A DNA stretch of 64,000 nt, taken from an uncultured Acidobacteriota bacterium (GTDB lineage: Bacteria > Acidobacteriota > Terriglobia > Acidiferrales > UBA7541). The position numbers and the translations under genes are program-made. Position 1 is the stretch's first letter. The number at the start of each line of letters is the position of its first letter. The stretch covers positions 46,553 to 110,552 of the forward strand of contig CAWAZN010000003.1 in NCBI GenBank assembly GCA_963786485.1, in the 5' to 3' direction. Below are positions 62,465 through 64,000 of this stretch, piece by piece. The notes under the pieces were generated by a model. That model saw only the letters and a program-made list of their open reading frames with translations. It searched no databases and was not told the origin of the DNA.

Positions 62465-62543
62465 AGCCTGGTCAGGCGGAATCGAGCAGCGCGCGTGAAT
62501 TGTTCGGGTGTGTGGCGCGCTTTGGTGAATTTCAGGGGTCTCA

Positions 62544-64000
<1,457 letters not shown>

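Overview
GC-rich bacterial chromosomal window; Acidobacteriota is my inference from gene style and intergenic repeats. Layout: (1) 1-17.4 kb, an envelope/secretion locus: LolA-like protein, MMPL, alginate-export-type porin, a 63-aa IxxNQxx heptad peptide, a His-motif membrane protein, FixH/YtkA-like, 4Fe-4S membrane protein, three FG-GAP/ASPIC-UnbV proteins and an UnbU/RnfD-like protein. (2) 17.4-20.5 kb and 56.1-57.6 kb, small orphan genes separated by a family of 28-bp dif-like 11-6-11 sites whose spacer pattern suggests a site-specific gene-cassette system. (3) ~20.7-45.8 kb, a ~25-kb tyrosine-integrase island in tRNA-Lys(CTT). It carries an internal RNase P RNA fragment, a thyX / SPPY methyltransferase / kinase-AAA ATPase / Rossmann-like cluster, an IS30, a His/Asp-rich 108-bp tandem-repeat gene, a patatin and a truncated family B DNA polymerase fused to probable Cas1 remnants. 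(4) Core genes: DHH phosphoesterase, tRNA-Leu(TAG), Rieske oxygenase, SDR and tig-clpP-clpX-lon. Many single-base frameshifts suggest sequencing error or decay. All family calls are from visual motif recognition; no searches were run.
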